A stretch of DNA of 63,537 nucleotides, filler included, from Reclinomonas americana ATCC 50394 (GCA_048213135.1; 19 parts of 19 records of this genome joined end to end with filler, not necessarily neighbours in it), one strand, 5' to 3'. Counted from the whole stretch's first letter, positions 13,901-26,124 are shown. The notes: generated by a model from the letters alone, not told the origin. Made by a program: numbers and translations.

Positions 13901-15121
13901 GAAAGAGAGAGTTTGTATGTGTGTGTGTCTCTGGGAAGAGAATTAGGGAGAGTAGGGAGAGAGAGAGAAAGAAGAGAGAGAGATTGTATGTGCTTATGTG
14001 CGTTTGTGTGTGTTTTGTTTTGTTTTGTATGTGTTGTTTGCAAAATAATGGATGAGTGCATATGTATGAGTGTATGTTTGAGTGTATGTTTGTGCGTGTG
14101 TGTATGTATTTGTGTATGAGAAAGAGAGAAGAGAGAGAGAGAAGGGAGAGGGGAGGAAATGAGAGAGAGAGCGGGAGAGTGCAGAGAGAGGAGTGAGAGA
14201 GTGAGATAGAAAATGTGTGTGTGTGTGTGTGAGAAAAGAGAGAGAGAGAGAGAAAGCGTGAGAGGGAGAGAGAAAGTGAAAGAGAGCGAGAAAAGACTGA
14301 GTTTGTGTGCGTGTGTGGTCGACTGACTGTGCATGTGGCGTGTTTGTGCGTTTGTGTTTGTGTGTGTTTGTGTGTGTTTGTATGCACGGCAACAATGGCG
14401 ATGGATGCATGGTCATGCAGTCGGTGAGTATGCGTGTGTATGTATGTGTGTATGGAGGGAGAAAGAGAGAAGAGAGAGAAGGGAGAGGGGGGAGAGAGGG
14501 AGAAACAGAGTGTGAGAAAGACTGACCGAGAGAGAGAGAGCGAGGAAGAGGGAAGGAGAGAAAGAGTTTGTGTATGTGTGTGTGTGTCTGGGAAGAGAAT
14601 TAGTGAGAGTAGGGAGAGAGAGAGAGAAGAGAGAGAGATTGTATGTGCCATTGGGTTTGTGTGTGTTTTGTTTTGTTTTGTATGTGTTGTTTGCAAAATA
14701 ATGGATGAGTGCATATGTTTGAGTGCATGCTTGAGTGTATGTTTGTGCGTGTGTGTGTATGTATTGGTGTATGAGAAAGAGAGAGGAGAGAGAGAAGGGA
14801 GAGGGAAGTGAGAGAGAGCGGGAGAGTGTAGAGAGAGGGGAGTGAGAGAGTGAGAGAGTGAGAGAGAAAATGTGAGAGGGAGAGAAAAAGAGAAAGAGAG
14901 AGAGAAAGTGTGAGAGGGAGAGAAATAGAAAAAGAGAGAGAGAAAAGACTGAGTGTATGTGTGCGTGTGTGGTCAACTGACTGTGCATGTGGCGTGTTTG
15001 TGCGTTTGTGTTTGTGTGTGTTTGTGTTTGTGTGTTTTTGTATGCACGGCGACAATGGCGATGGTTACATGACCATGCAGCGAGTTGAGTATGCGTGTGT
15101 ATGTATGTGTGTATGCGAGAA

Positions 15122-15154
<33 letters not shown>

Positions 15155-15263
15155 GAAGGAGGANNNNNNNNNNNNNNNNNNNNNNNNNNNNNNNNNNNNN
15201 NNNNNNNTTAATTAATTAANNNNNNNNNNNNNNNNNNNNNNNNNNNNNNNNNNNNNNNNNNNN

Positions 15264-15299
<36 letters not shown>

Positions 15300-16033
15300 G
15301 AGAGGGGAGAGCTCAAGGGGAGAGACACACTCTCTCTCCCTCTCTCTCTCATACCACTCTCCCTAATTCTCTTTCCTAACACACACAAAAACACATACAC
15401 AAACTCTCTCTTTCTCTCTCTCCTTCCCTCTTTCTCGCTCTCTCTCACTCTCTGTCTCTCGATCTGTCTCTCTCATACTCTGTTTCTCCCTCGGAGGGAG
15501 AGAGAAAAGAGAGAGAGATTGTACTTGCTTGTGTGTGTTTTGTGTGTGTTATGTTTTGTTTTGTATGTGTTGTTTGCAAAATATTGGATACGTGTATTTT
15601 GCATGTCTGAGAGTGTTTCGATTCGACTGACTTTGTTCTGGTTTGCAGCCGGTTTGTAATTGTTCAGTTTTCTGTCCATTCGATACACCTCTGATCGCTT
15701 AATCCCGGGATGATATGTTGCAGTTTGAAAAGGTGTGCATATTGTTGTCTTGAGAATCGGCTCATTTCACTCACTTACCTTTACTGGCAGATGGTTCGTA
15801 TTCAAGCAATTTGCGCAATTTGCTCCCTCTGTTTTCATCACGGTGCATGAGCAGATGCAGTCGATACAACAGCAGCGGGCTCAGGGAAAGCTGGTTTGCA
15901 CAGGTTTATTCGCTCACTTGCTTAGATCTGTCTCTTATTTGTTCTGCTCTAGAATGGTTTCAAGTGGAGGTGCTGTGACTCGACCGACCTCCACGCCCCT
16001 GGATGCAAGCAAGACTCGGAGCACGTGACCTGA
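3986..16033 (+). CDS. Multi-exon RING (C3HC4) - TKL-like Ser/Thr kinase - coiled coil - C-terminal Cys/His Zn motif protein; contains an in-frame TAA at 6682-6684
   Basis: Exons 3986-4101 and 4181-4570 give CPICYDSF..CGNGHAICLAC..CPVCR and LGRGTSAVV..ALK. Exons from 5657 give HPNVIGVYG, HRDLKPEN, DFG, GTPMYMAPE and RP. An E/Q/R/A coiled coil runs to 7059. Exon 7123-7182 is LCKRCGQPAVPGQKCIHHTE, followed by micro-exons, exon 15855-15893 and last exon 15953-16033 NGFKWRCCDSTDLHAPGCKQDSEHVT*. The model crosses several assembly gaps. Confidence 0.8.
7300..15600 (+). repeat. Complex tandem repeat (~545-710 bp units, at least 12) built of GA/GT microsatellite with conserved anchors, each unit carrying acceptor-microexon-donor
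   Basis: Recurring anchors GGTC(G/A)ACTGACTGTGCATGTGGCG, CACGGCGACAATGGCGATGGATGCATGATCATGCAG, GT(T)GAGTATGCG and TTTGCAAAATAATGGATGAGTG. Spacings within contigs are 545, 660, 708, 654, 679 and 660 nt. Confidence 0.95.
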
Positions 16034-16399
16034 GATTCCATCACGATGCTTTTTGCATGACCCAAGGTGACTCTCTTTCCCCCGCCGATTCAATTCATGG
16101 TTGGTGTCCTAACCTCGACTCTCGTCTGCAGAGCACATGAATCTATGCGACGCAACACAACACCAGTTTGCACACGTTGGCAACTACCCTGAGTGCGAAT
16201 GAAAATGGAGCGATCACTGAAAGACTTTGTCAGTTCATTCTTGAAAGTGGCCTCAATTGGGGGATAAGTTGGGAAAGGGAGTGAGAGCAGAGGGCAAATG
16301 GGGTAAGTCGACGCGGATGAGGGAATCAAAGGCGAATAGAGGTACGAGAATAAAGTCAGATGACTGCACGGAAAGCTAATCTGAGTTGAAGATGAGATG

Positions 16400-16689
16400 A
16401 CTGAGTGAGTGAGCGAGTGAAGGAGACGAACTGATAGGAAGAGCCGAGGTGGGCGAGATGCACGATCGGAGAATGAGATGGGCGAGTGAGTGAGTGACTG
16501 GCGAGGATGGTGAGTGAGTGAAGGAGAAGAACTGATAGGACGAGCCGAGGTGTGCAAGATGCACAATCGGAGAATGAGATGGGCGAGTGAGTGAGTGACT
16601 GGCGAAGATGGTGAGCGAGTGAAGGAGAAGAACTGATAGGACGAGCCGAGGTGTGCAAGATGCACAGTCGGAGAATGAGATGGACGAGA
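16400..16689. repeat. 101-bp tandem repeat, about 3 copies, truncated by a gap
   Basis: CTGATAGG anchor at 16431, 16532 and 16633 within near-identical units. Confidence 0.9.
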
Positions 16690-16789
16690 NNNNNNNNNNN
16701 NNNNNNNNNNNNNNNNNNNNNNNNNNNNNNNNNTTAATTAATTAANNNNNNNNNNNNNNNNNNNNNNNNNNNNNNNNNNNNNNNNNNNN

Positions 16790-16883
<94 letters not shown>

Positions 16884-16995
16884 CTCCTCTCTCCGTCCTC
16901 CTCTCTCCCCTCCTCTCTCTCTCTCTCTCTCCCCCCTCTCTCTCTTGCCCTCGCACCTATCTCACTTTCCTTTCCCTTTCCCCTTCTCCTCGTAG

Positions 16996-19112
16996 AGGCC
17001 ACCTGGCTCCACCACGACATCATCATCCTCTTCGCACACTCCTCGCCTCCCGCCGACGCCACCTCCCACCCGGTTCCCGTGGAATGCGCATATCCCGGCG
17101 ACGCAAGCTTCCTCGCTGCCATCGGCAAGGCACCGAGTGCACTGCACGTGCAACCGGTGACCTCGATCGGTGACATTCGAGCGGCGGTGTCATTTGCTCT
17201 CGATTCGACCTCGTTCCGCACCGTGTCGGTCCTCGTCGGTGCGTATCGACAGAAAAACATCTCCGCGCACTCACACGTGCCGCCACTCTCACAAGCACAC
17301 ACCCTTGTGGCACAGAGGGTCAGAATGCGCAGCCAAACCTCGACCTCAATCACGTGGCCGTGGTGCTCGCCGAACGAAATCACGCCTTTTCTGCGATTCC
17401 GCGACAGACTGCACAGCCGGTACGATCACGAATCCCACTCTGTTTGTTCCACTCTGTTGCTCATGCTGCTTGCGTGCGCAGGGGGTTGGCGGGTGGCTTC
17501 GTGTGATTGCCGACGCGCTGCGAGAGCATGCCACGCAGTACGCCACGCCGATTTTCGACACGCTCAGCGGCCTCCTGCCAGTGTCGGTCCCGTACGGATT
17601 GAACCAGAGGTCGTACGCCGACTTTGTCGACTTTCTGGTGGGCGCCCTCATTGCCGCGCCCAATGGCCCGCATGCCATCTACAAGAAGTTGCGTTGCTGT
17701 TTGAGTACCGCGAGTTGTTGGCTGCTCATTCCACGGCGTGCAGATTCGCCAGCATACCCGCAGTGACGGTGCACAACGCGGACGATCACGAAGATGATCC
17801 AGACGAACTCCCTCAGCGCCTACAGTACCTCGGCATGTTGCGTCCACTCTCTTTCTCACTCTCTCTCTCAGTCTCCCTCTCATTGTCTCTCTGTCTCTCT
17901 CTGTCTCTCTCTGTCTCTCAGTTCTCTCTCCTTCTCTCCAAGTCTCTGTCAGTCTCTCTAAGTCTTTGTCAGTCTCTCTATGTCTCCCTCAGTCTCTCTA
18001 AGTCTCTGTCAGTCTCTCTATGTCTCTCTCAGTCTCTCTCTCCCTCTCATTGTCTCTCTGTCTCTCTCTGTCTCTCTCTGTCTCTCTCTGTCTCTCTCTG
18101 TCTCTCAGTTCTCTCCTTCTCTCCAAGTCTCTGTCAGTCTCTCTAAGTCTCTGTCAGTCTCTCTATGTCTCTCTCCNNNNNNNNNNNNNNNNNNNNNNNN
18201 NNNNNNNNNNNNNNNNNNNNTTAATTAATTAANNNNNNNNNNNNNNNNNNNNNNNNNNNNNNNNNNNNNNNNNNNNTTCACCCCTCCCTCTCCCTTTCCC
18301 CTTCCCTTTCCCTTAACAACCCCTCCCTTTCCGCAGCCCATCCGCTGGTCCTGCGAGCGCCCGATTCTCAGCGTGGGCGGGCCAATCGCCGCACTGCTGG
18401 CCTGCATCGGCGTGGGAGCCGTGGCACACGCCATTCCACACCTGGTGGCGACCAAAATCGTCGGCAGCTCCCCGTCGGACGAGGACGTGGCGATCCAGCA
18501 GTGGCTGGTACTGACGGCGGGCTTGTGGCTGGTGGCCGCCGGCCTCCTCGTGCGTCGCGCACTTCCGCTGACCGTGGACAACTGGCACATGTATAGCATG
18601 GTGATGCACGCCTATGCCGCGCTGACCATCGGCTCGCTCATTCCCACTCTACCGGTGCTTGGCATTGCGCTGAGTGTGGCTCTCTTTCCGCTGTCGCTCG
18701 TGTCGTCGTGGCCGCTGCGATTACCGGCTGCACGGCGTGCAGAACGCGTCATTTCTGTGCTCACGGCGCCACTGCGCCTCCTGCTTACGGTGCCGTTTGC
18801 CGGCGCCATTCTCCTCAGTGTGCTGACGTCGAACACTGACGGTGGCGACACGCTGCATCGCGTGTTGCGCGGCGCTTACCATGGTGTCGGTGAGTGTTGC
18901 AATCGGCTTCTTTCATTGCACGAACATGCGTCTCACCGGCGATCCTATGTGCAGTGGCCGAGGGCACCTCGTTCTCCACCGACAACATGCTCTCCGTTGC
19001 CGTCTTCTTGATCAACTTGCCACTCTGTTTGATGTCGCTGTTGATTCTGTTGGCCAGGCCACCAGCTGTTGCCGCAGAAGATGAGAAGAGGAGGAAACAG
19101 AAAATGGACTGA
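16996..19112 (+). CDS. GAA1: GPI transamidase subunit Gaa1/GPAA1 (5' part missing, internal gap)
   Basis: The spliced product contains WLHHDIIILF, GDIRAAVSFALDS..VSVLVEGQNAQPNLDLNH and PNGPHAIYKKFASIPAVTV. These match remembered Gaa1 motifs (WAKDI, GAIQAA, VEGLNGQLPNLDL, PHGSHGLF). Multi-TM C-terminus ending KQKMD (KxKxx ER-retrieval type). Confidence 0.85.
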
Positions 19113-19482
19113 GAAAAATGTTGTTTGGCAATATTTCAGTGTGATTGCGCAGTGTTGATATTTAAGCGGTGCTCTGTCCTCAGTATCACGAGCTTGCAGT
19201 TGACGCTGGTTACAGACTGATTGCTTTACTTGGGTTTGCAGTGTGAGAAACGACCAGGGCTCATTTCTTGGCCATTCTGTTGCTCTTGGAGCGAACTTGT
19301 GGAAAGCTCAGAAAAAGAGTGACATCCTTCGAGCCCCGACATGTGTTACGACCACTCCTGTTTTGCGGCTGTTCACATCTGAGGTCGAAAAATCGCTCTG
19401 TGCTGTCGCCAACGACAAGCAGGAATAAGTCGCGATAGTGCGGATGTTGTAAGCTGAACGAAGGTTTACAAAAACTGGAGTC

Positions 19483-22261
19483 TCACACATATGTCATCGG
19501 GAACTTAACAAACAGCACAATCTGCATCCACACGTCGGCCGGCAGCACCAACCCCATGCTGGCCTGCAACTTGTCGGCCAGCAGCACGTGGTAGATCTCG
19601 AACAGCAGCACCCGATGCAGCGTCGCACGGGCAAGGCTGCGCATGACGCCACCTGGCGCCAGCATTCTGACCATTGGTGACACAAATTGGGAGGAGCGAC
19701 GGCGGCGATTGCCGCGGTAAGAGCGATGGTCATCTCCGACAACAAGAATGTCGATCAGGCGGCGCAGCATGTCACACGACGGCGCCACATCGGTTATTGG
19801 TGATGCAATGGCGCAGCTGAGTTGCACCAGGGGGAAGGGCACCGACGCATCCAGCATCGGCTTGAGCTCGGGGGAGGCGAGGGCATACTTGCACTGGTCG
19901 ATCCATTCGTTGACCAAGTGCTCCGCGCCTGTCATATAGAACCAATCTCGCTCGTCTAACAACTGTTAGGAGCGTTGTCAGTGATAAGCAAGAGAGCGAG
20001 AGCGCGAGAGAGCGCATAGATAGACAGAAGGGCGGAGAGACAAGAGCGGTGAGGAGAAAAGAGATCGACAGAAGAGAGAGTGAAAGTCCGAGAGAGAGCA
20101 AATGGAAGTGTCCTTGTCATCTTCTGCATCTCTCTCTCTCTCTCTCTGTGTGGGTGTGTGTGTGCAATTTCTCCGCACAGAAAACAGACCTCTGGCATCT
20201 GGGCACCGGCCAGACAAAACAAGGTTACTCCGTGCGGGTACGTGTCGTGTGTAAAGCCGGAACTTGGCTCCATCCGAAACTCGTCGAAAGCTGTCGCCAT
20301 CGCCGTTTCGACAAAGGGGTGGTCTGTCAGCGGCTGAACACATGGCATGGCCAACAGGAGCCGTATTGACGATATTTCGAAATTGTACATATCGTTAAGG
20401 ATAGACTCAGTCACCTCGTCAAGAATCGCTCTCCATTCACCACGGCTCTCAGCCTCCACATAAACTGCAGTCACCACGGTTTCTAGCGACCGCTTCGCGA
20501 GTCCTCCATCGACACAGTTGATGATACAACCGGTCAGAGCTTGCGAGTGCACATGCGGTCGAAAGCGCGGACACTCCAACAGACACGGCACAACGAACGG
20601 CATTAAAAGGGAACAACGCAAAACGCTTTCGACGAATTCTGCATCGTCAAGAACTCCCTCCCAGTAGGGAGGACTGTCCAGGAAGATCTGCAGCATGTCT
20701 TCGTTGTCGATAGCGGCCAGTGAGTCCCTCAGAAATGTGGCCTCGTCTGGATGGTGTAACACGTCCTCTTGCAGCACCGTTCGAACCAAGGCGCTGTGAT
20801 CCATCCGCACAGCAACCTCAAGCGGTGAGCTGGGAAGATGCTTCGCACTCGAGAAATACGTTTCAAAATGATCAGGGGCGACGGCAGTGTCCACTACCGC
20901 CGCGTTCGGATCTGCCGGTGTACCGGGAAAGATCCAGCTGTCGTAAGTAAACATCTCCGCAGAACCGTCACCCACAATCACCTCATCGCACATCAGCAGC
21001 AGCGACACGACATCCAAGTGGCCATCCACGCAGGCATGCAACAGTGCAATGTTTTCCGGTTGTTCCGGGTGCACCCGATCATCGGCGAGCAACGCAGCCA
21101 CCACCTCGGTGTGGCCACGGAACGCCGCCTGTCGCAACGGCAAGTTGTTGTCAATGCCGGGGTCGGCGACGCCTTCGTCCAGCAGTCGCCGCACCGTCTC
21201 CACGTCGTTGGTGGTGGCCGCGATCTCGAGTCGGGCGCTCGCCTCCACGTTGTCCAGCGGCCACGACTCACGCAGGTCGTTGAGGACGGCCTCCTTCCCC
21301 CGCCCGATGCAGTGCCGCACACACTTGAACAACGTCATCCTGATGAGCTGTGGATTGGCAGCTGGCAGACCGAGACCGCTGAGGTAACGAATGGCGACGC
21401 CATCGCCAACGCTGACAGCCGCTCGCAACGCCACGTCAAGTGCAGTGGGGTCCATCACTGACTCCAGCAGCGGAACATCCTCGAGTTGAGCTCGCGCGCG
21501 GACTGCATCGAGCACCGCCGGTAGTCGACCAGTGACGACCGCAGCGACAGGCCACCACGGACAATAAACGTCCATTTTCTCAGTCTCGAAATACTCGACA
21601 GGCACCATGTGGAGGAGCGCGACGAGGCTGGCTTCCGGTGCCATCCACAGAATATTAGTCACTTCTGTCACCCAGATGTCCGACCGCTCCGTCCTCCACA
21701 GGCGTTCAGCCACCGACTTCTTCACGCGCCCGTGCACAGCCTGTGCAAGAAACTTGGCTGTCTCACGGGGGACAAGCTGTGCACGTCGGGAGCAGATGTG
21801 AGACGCAATGGCACTCAGGCTGAGGGCAAGGGCAACAAGCAAACAAGAGTCCCCTCCCCTCGTGATGTCTTCACCAACACGTACACACGCCATCAGAGTG
21901 ACCAAGGAAGAGCAGAGAGAGAGAAGCAAGCATCGTATTCTGCTTTTTCTTCACCATGCCCTTCCCAACACGGGGCACACACCTCACACACTCACTCACT
22001 CACTCACTCACTCTCTCTCTCTCACTGACTCACTCACTCACTCACTCACAAACGCACCCGAACATTCAGTGCAGGCGGAGGAGGCGCTGGCTCCACTTCA
22101 GCATCACGACACAGCACTTTGTAAACCGCCCACGCGGTTTCCTCAAACTCAGAGTCTTCACGCACACAAGACACAGCGCATGTTTCCTTGATCGCGCGGG
22201 CCTTGCGAAGCAGGTCGTTGAGGAGGTCGGAGGGAGTTGGCACAGGCGATGCTGCCGCCAT
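19483..22261 (-). CDS. Ankyrin-repeat protein with C-terminal F-box-like motif, copy A (complete)
   Basis: First exon MAAASPVPTPSDLLNDLLRKA; ankyrin repeats ADPGIDNNLPLRQAAFRGHTEVVAALL; last exon ..LPADVWMQIVLFV. Confidence 0.8.
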
Positions 22262-22533
22262 GTGCAAAGACGGAGATAAGAGACGGAGATGTCCCGGCGG
22301 ACATGCACTTGGAGTGGACATGCTGTGAAGCAAGGGGAGTTCGCGGTGAAGCGTAACAAGACAGCAATGCCGCAGATCCACAAAGCATTTTGTTCTGAAG
22401 CAAGAACATGTCTCCATGAGACGATCGACGTCGTCTGACCTCGTTGTCTTCACAACCCACAAGACGCGTATCTGCTTTCGCTCAGGGCTGTCTATCGAGA
22501 GGCACTCAATCGCTGAGATAATGAACAAAGTGT

Positions 22534-23286
22534 TTACGGCCTTAAACCTCTTTCTGTACTCCTCTCCCTCGTCGGCATCGCCACAAACAGCACGATCAGC
22601 ATCCACACGTCGGCCGGCAACACCAACCCCATGCTGGTCTGCAACTTGTCGGCCAGCAGCACGTGGTAGATCTCGAACAACAACACCCGATGCAGCGTTA
22701 ATCGTGCGATACCACGCATGACGCCACCCGGCGCCAGCATTCTGGCGAGTGGTGACACGAGATCGGAGCAGTGACGGCGATGACGGCTGCGGTACATGCG
22801 ATGCTCATCTCCGACAACCAGAATGTCGATCAGGTGGCGCAGCACGTCAAGCGAGGGCGCCGAATGGCGTGTCGGCGGAGCGATGGCGCAGCTGAGTTTC
22901 ACCAGCGGGAAGGGCACCGACGCATCCAGCATCGGCTGGAGCTCGGGGGAGGCGAGAGCACACTCGTACTGGTCGCTCCACTCGATGACCATGTGCTCCA
23001 AGCCTGTCAAATAGAACCGATCTCGCTCGTTCCTCAGCTGCACGAATAGTCAGCGATAATCGGAGGGGGAGAGAGAAAAATGAAACNNNNNNNNNNNNNN
23101 NNNNNNNNNNNNNNNNNNNNNNNNNNNNNNTTAATTAATTAANNNNNNNNNNNNNNNNNNNNNNNNNNNNNNNNNNNNNNNNNNNNACCCCACGTTTTCG
23201 CATGCTTCCTTGATTGCAAGTGCCTTGCGAAGCAGGTTGTTGAGGAGGTCGGAGGGTGAAAGCACGGCAGTTGATGCTGACGCCAT
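22534..23286 (-). CDS. Ankyrin family paralog, copy B (middle lost in gap 23087-23186)
   Basis: Homologous first-exon start (MASASTAVLSPSDLLNNLLRKA) and last exon (22534-~23037) flank the gap. Confidence 0.7.
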
Positions 23287-23582
23287 GCGCAAAGGGAGGA
23301 GAGACGGAGATAAGAGATGTCCCGGCGGACATGCACTTGGGGTGGCTCAGTCGCTGTGAGGCAAGGGGAGTTCGCGGTGAAGCGGAACAAGACAGTAATG
23401 CCGCAGATCCACCAAGCATTTTGTTCTGTATCAAGAACACGTCTCCATGACGATCGACGCAGCGTCGTCTGACCTCGTTGTTTTCTCAACCCACAAGACG
23501 CGTATCTGCTTTCGCTCAGGGCTGTCTATCGAGAGGCACTCAATCGCTGAGATAATGAACAAAGTGTTTACGACCTTGAACC

Positions 23583-25996
23583 TCACTCTGCATCCCTCAC
23601 CCTCGTCGGCATCACCACAAACAGCACAATCTGCATCCACACGTCGGCCGGCAACACCACGCCCATGCTGGCCTGCAACTTGTCGGCCAGCAGAACATGG
23701 TAGATCTCGAACAGGAGTACCCGGTGCAGCGTTGACCACGCGATACCACGCATGACGCCACCCAGTGCCAGCATTCTGGCCAGTGGCGACACGAGATCAG
23801 CGGAACGATGGCGGTGGTTGCTGCGGTACATGCGAAGGTCATCTCCGACAACAAGAATGTCGATCAGGCGGCGCAGCATGTCAAGCGAGGGCGCCGAATG
23901 GCGTGTCGGCGGAGCAATGGCGCAGCTGAGTTTCACCAGCGGGAAGGGCAACGATGCATCCAGCATTGGCTTGAGCTCGGGGGAAGCCAGGGCGCACTTG
24001 CACTGGTCAATCCACTCGTTGACCATGTATTCCTCGGCTGCCATATGACACCGATCTCGCTCGTTCCTCAGCTGCGCGAATATGGTCAGTAAGCGGCAAG
24101 ACAACAAAGTGCACATGCACAGAGAGATCGAGAAGGGGGCGAGGACAGAGAAGGGAGAGACGGAGAAGGACAGAGAGAGAGAGAGAGAGTTAAGGCCAGA
24201 AGGAGAGAGACAGGAGTTTTGCCTGCGAAGCTGACCCTTGTCATCTGTGCCCTCTCTCATTGCCCTTTCCCGCACACAACAAACCGCCGGCATTTTAACA
24301 CCAATCAGGCACAACAAAGCCAACACGTCAGGGCGAGCGAGGGGATCGTCCCGATCCCGACGGCGTTCCCGCCGACTGAGGAGAAAGGCCCTCAGCAGCG
24401 CCGACGTGAATAAGCGGTGGTTCACAAGCGGTTGAACGCATGGTAAGGCCAACAGGAGTCGCACTGACGGCTTGTGGAAAAAGCCCATGCAACGTTCCAG
24501 CACATGACCGAGAATCCGCGCCCAATCACCACGGCTCTCGGCTTCACCGCGCACCGCATGCACCACGCATTCCAGCGACAGTTTCGACTCCTCCCCGGCC
24601 TCAAGGCAATCGACGATGCTTTCGGCCAGGGCATCCGAGGCCACCCGCGGTCGGAAACGAGGATACTCCAACAGACACGTCACCGTAACTGCCGACTGAA
24701 GTCTGGCGCGCACCAAGAGTCTGACAACCACAGCATCGTCAACAATGCCCTCCCAAAAGCGAGGGTTGTCCAGGAAAGCCCGTAGCACGTCTTCGTCGTT
24801 GATGAAGGACATCATCCTCTCCAGCCAGACGAGCTCGCGTGGGTAACGCGAGAGATCCCATTGCAGCAGCATCCGGACCAGGGCACTGTGACCCATCCGC
24901 ACTGCAATCTCAAGCGGTGAACGCGCGTGCTCACCGTCTACGAGCAAGCGCTGCACATGGCTAACATCGTCAGTGGTAGTGTCCACGACTTCTGCATCTG
25001 GATCTGTCAGTGGGCGATAATTGTCCCAGTCGTCGGCAGTGAACATCTCCATGGAAAAGGTATGGCCATCCGACGCGATCTCGAACTCGTACTCCTTCAG
25101 TAACAGTGCCACAATCTCCACATGTCCACGGACGCACGCGTGCAGCAAGGGCAAGTCACCCGGCTGTTCCGCAAACACCCGGTTTGACTCGTCTTCGAAC
25201 AGCAGCGCAGATACCACCGCTTTGTGGCCACGGAACGCCGCCTGTTGCAACGGCAAGTTGTCGTCAATGGTGGGGTCGGCGATATCTTCGACCAGCAGCC
25301 GCCGTACAGTCTCGACGTCGTTGGTGGCGGCCGCGATCTCGAGGTGCGCAGTCGCCTCCAACTCGTCCAGCGGCCACGACTCACGGAGGTCATTGAGAAT
25401 GGCCTCCTTCCCCCGCCCGATGCAGTGGCGCACACATTTGAATAGCGTCAATTGCATGCGCAGGCGTTTGGCGGCTACATCGAGGTTGCCCAGGAAACGA
25501 ATGGCGACGCCATCAGCGACGCTGACAGCCGCTCGCAGCGCCACGTCAAGTGCAGTGGGGTCCATCACTGACTCCAGCAGCGGATCATCCTCGAGCTCGG
25601 CACGAGCGCCCAACACGTCGAACAGCATTGACAGCCGGCCAGTGACGACCGCAGCGACAGGCCACCACGGACAATAATCGCCTATTCTCTCAGTCGCGAA
25701 ATACTCGACAGGCACCATGAGGAGGAGCGCGACGATTGTGGCTTCCGGTGCCATCCACACAAAATGTGTCACTGCTGTTACCCACACGTTCGACCGCTCC
25801 GTCCTCCACAGGCGTTCAGCCACCGTCTTCTTCACGCGCCCGTGCACAGCCTGTGCAAGAAACTCGGCTGTCTCACGAGGGACAAGCTGTGCACGCGGGA
25901 AGCAGATGTGAGACGCAATGGCAACCAAACAAGAGTCCCCTCCCTTCGTTGATGTCTTCATCAACACATACACACGCCATCAGAGTCCAATGAAGA

Positions 25997-26029
<33 letters not shown>

Positions 26030-26086
26030 CAAGTACTGCATTCTGCTTGCTTCTCCTTTTCTACACCACGCCCTTCCCAACACGAG

Positions 26087-26124
<38 letters not shown>

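Noticed and set aside
7325..15448. Long ORFs (up to 402 aa) over the array and other GA/GT tracts
   Set aside because: Translations of microsatellite (SLSL, THTH, RERE) that lack stops by composition.
7300..15600. CRISPR-like or transposon reading of the repeat array
   Set aside because: Eukaryotic context, no cas or transposase ORF, no TIRs or TSDs seen. The variable part is 3-9 nt bounded by splice signals.
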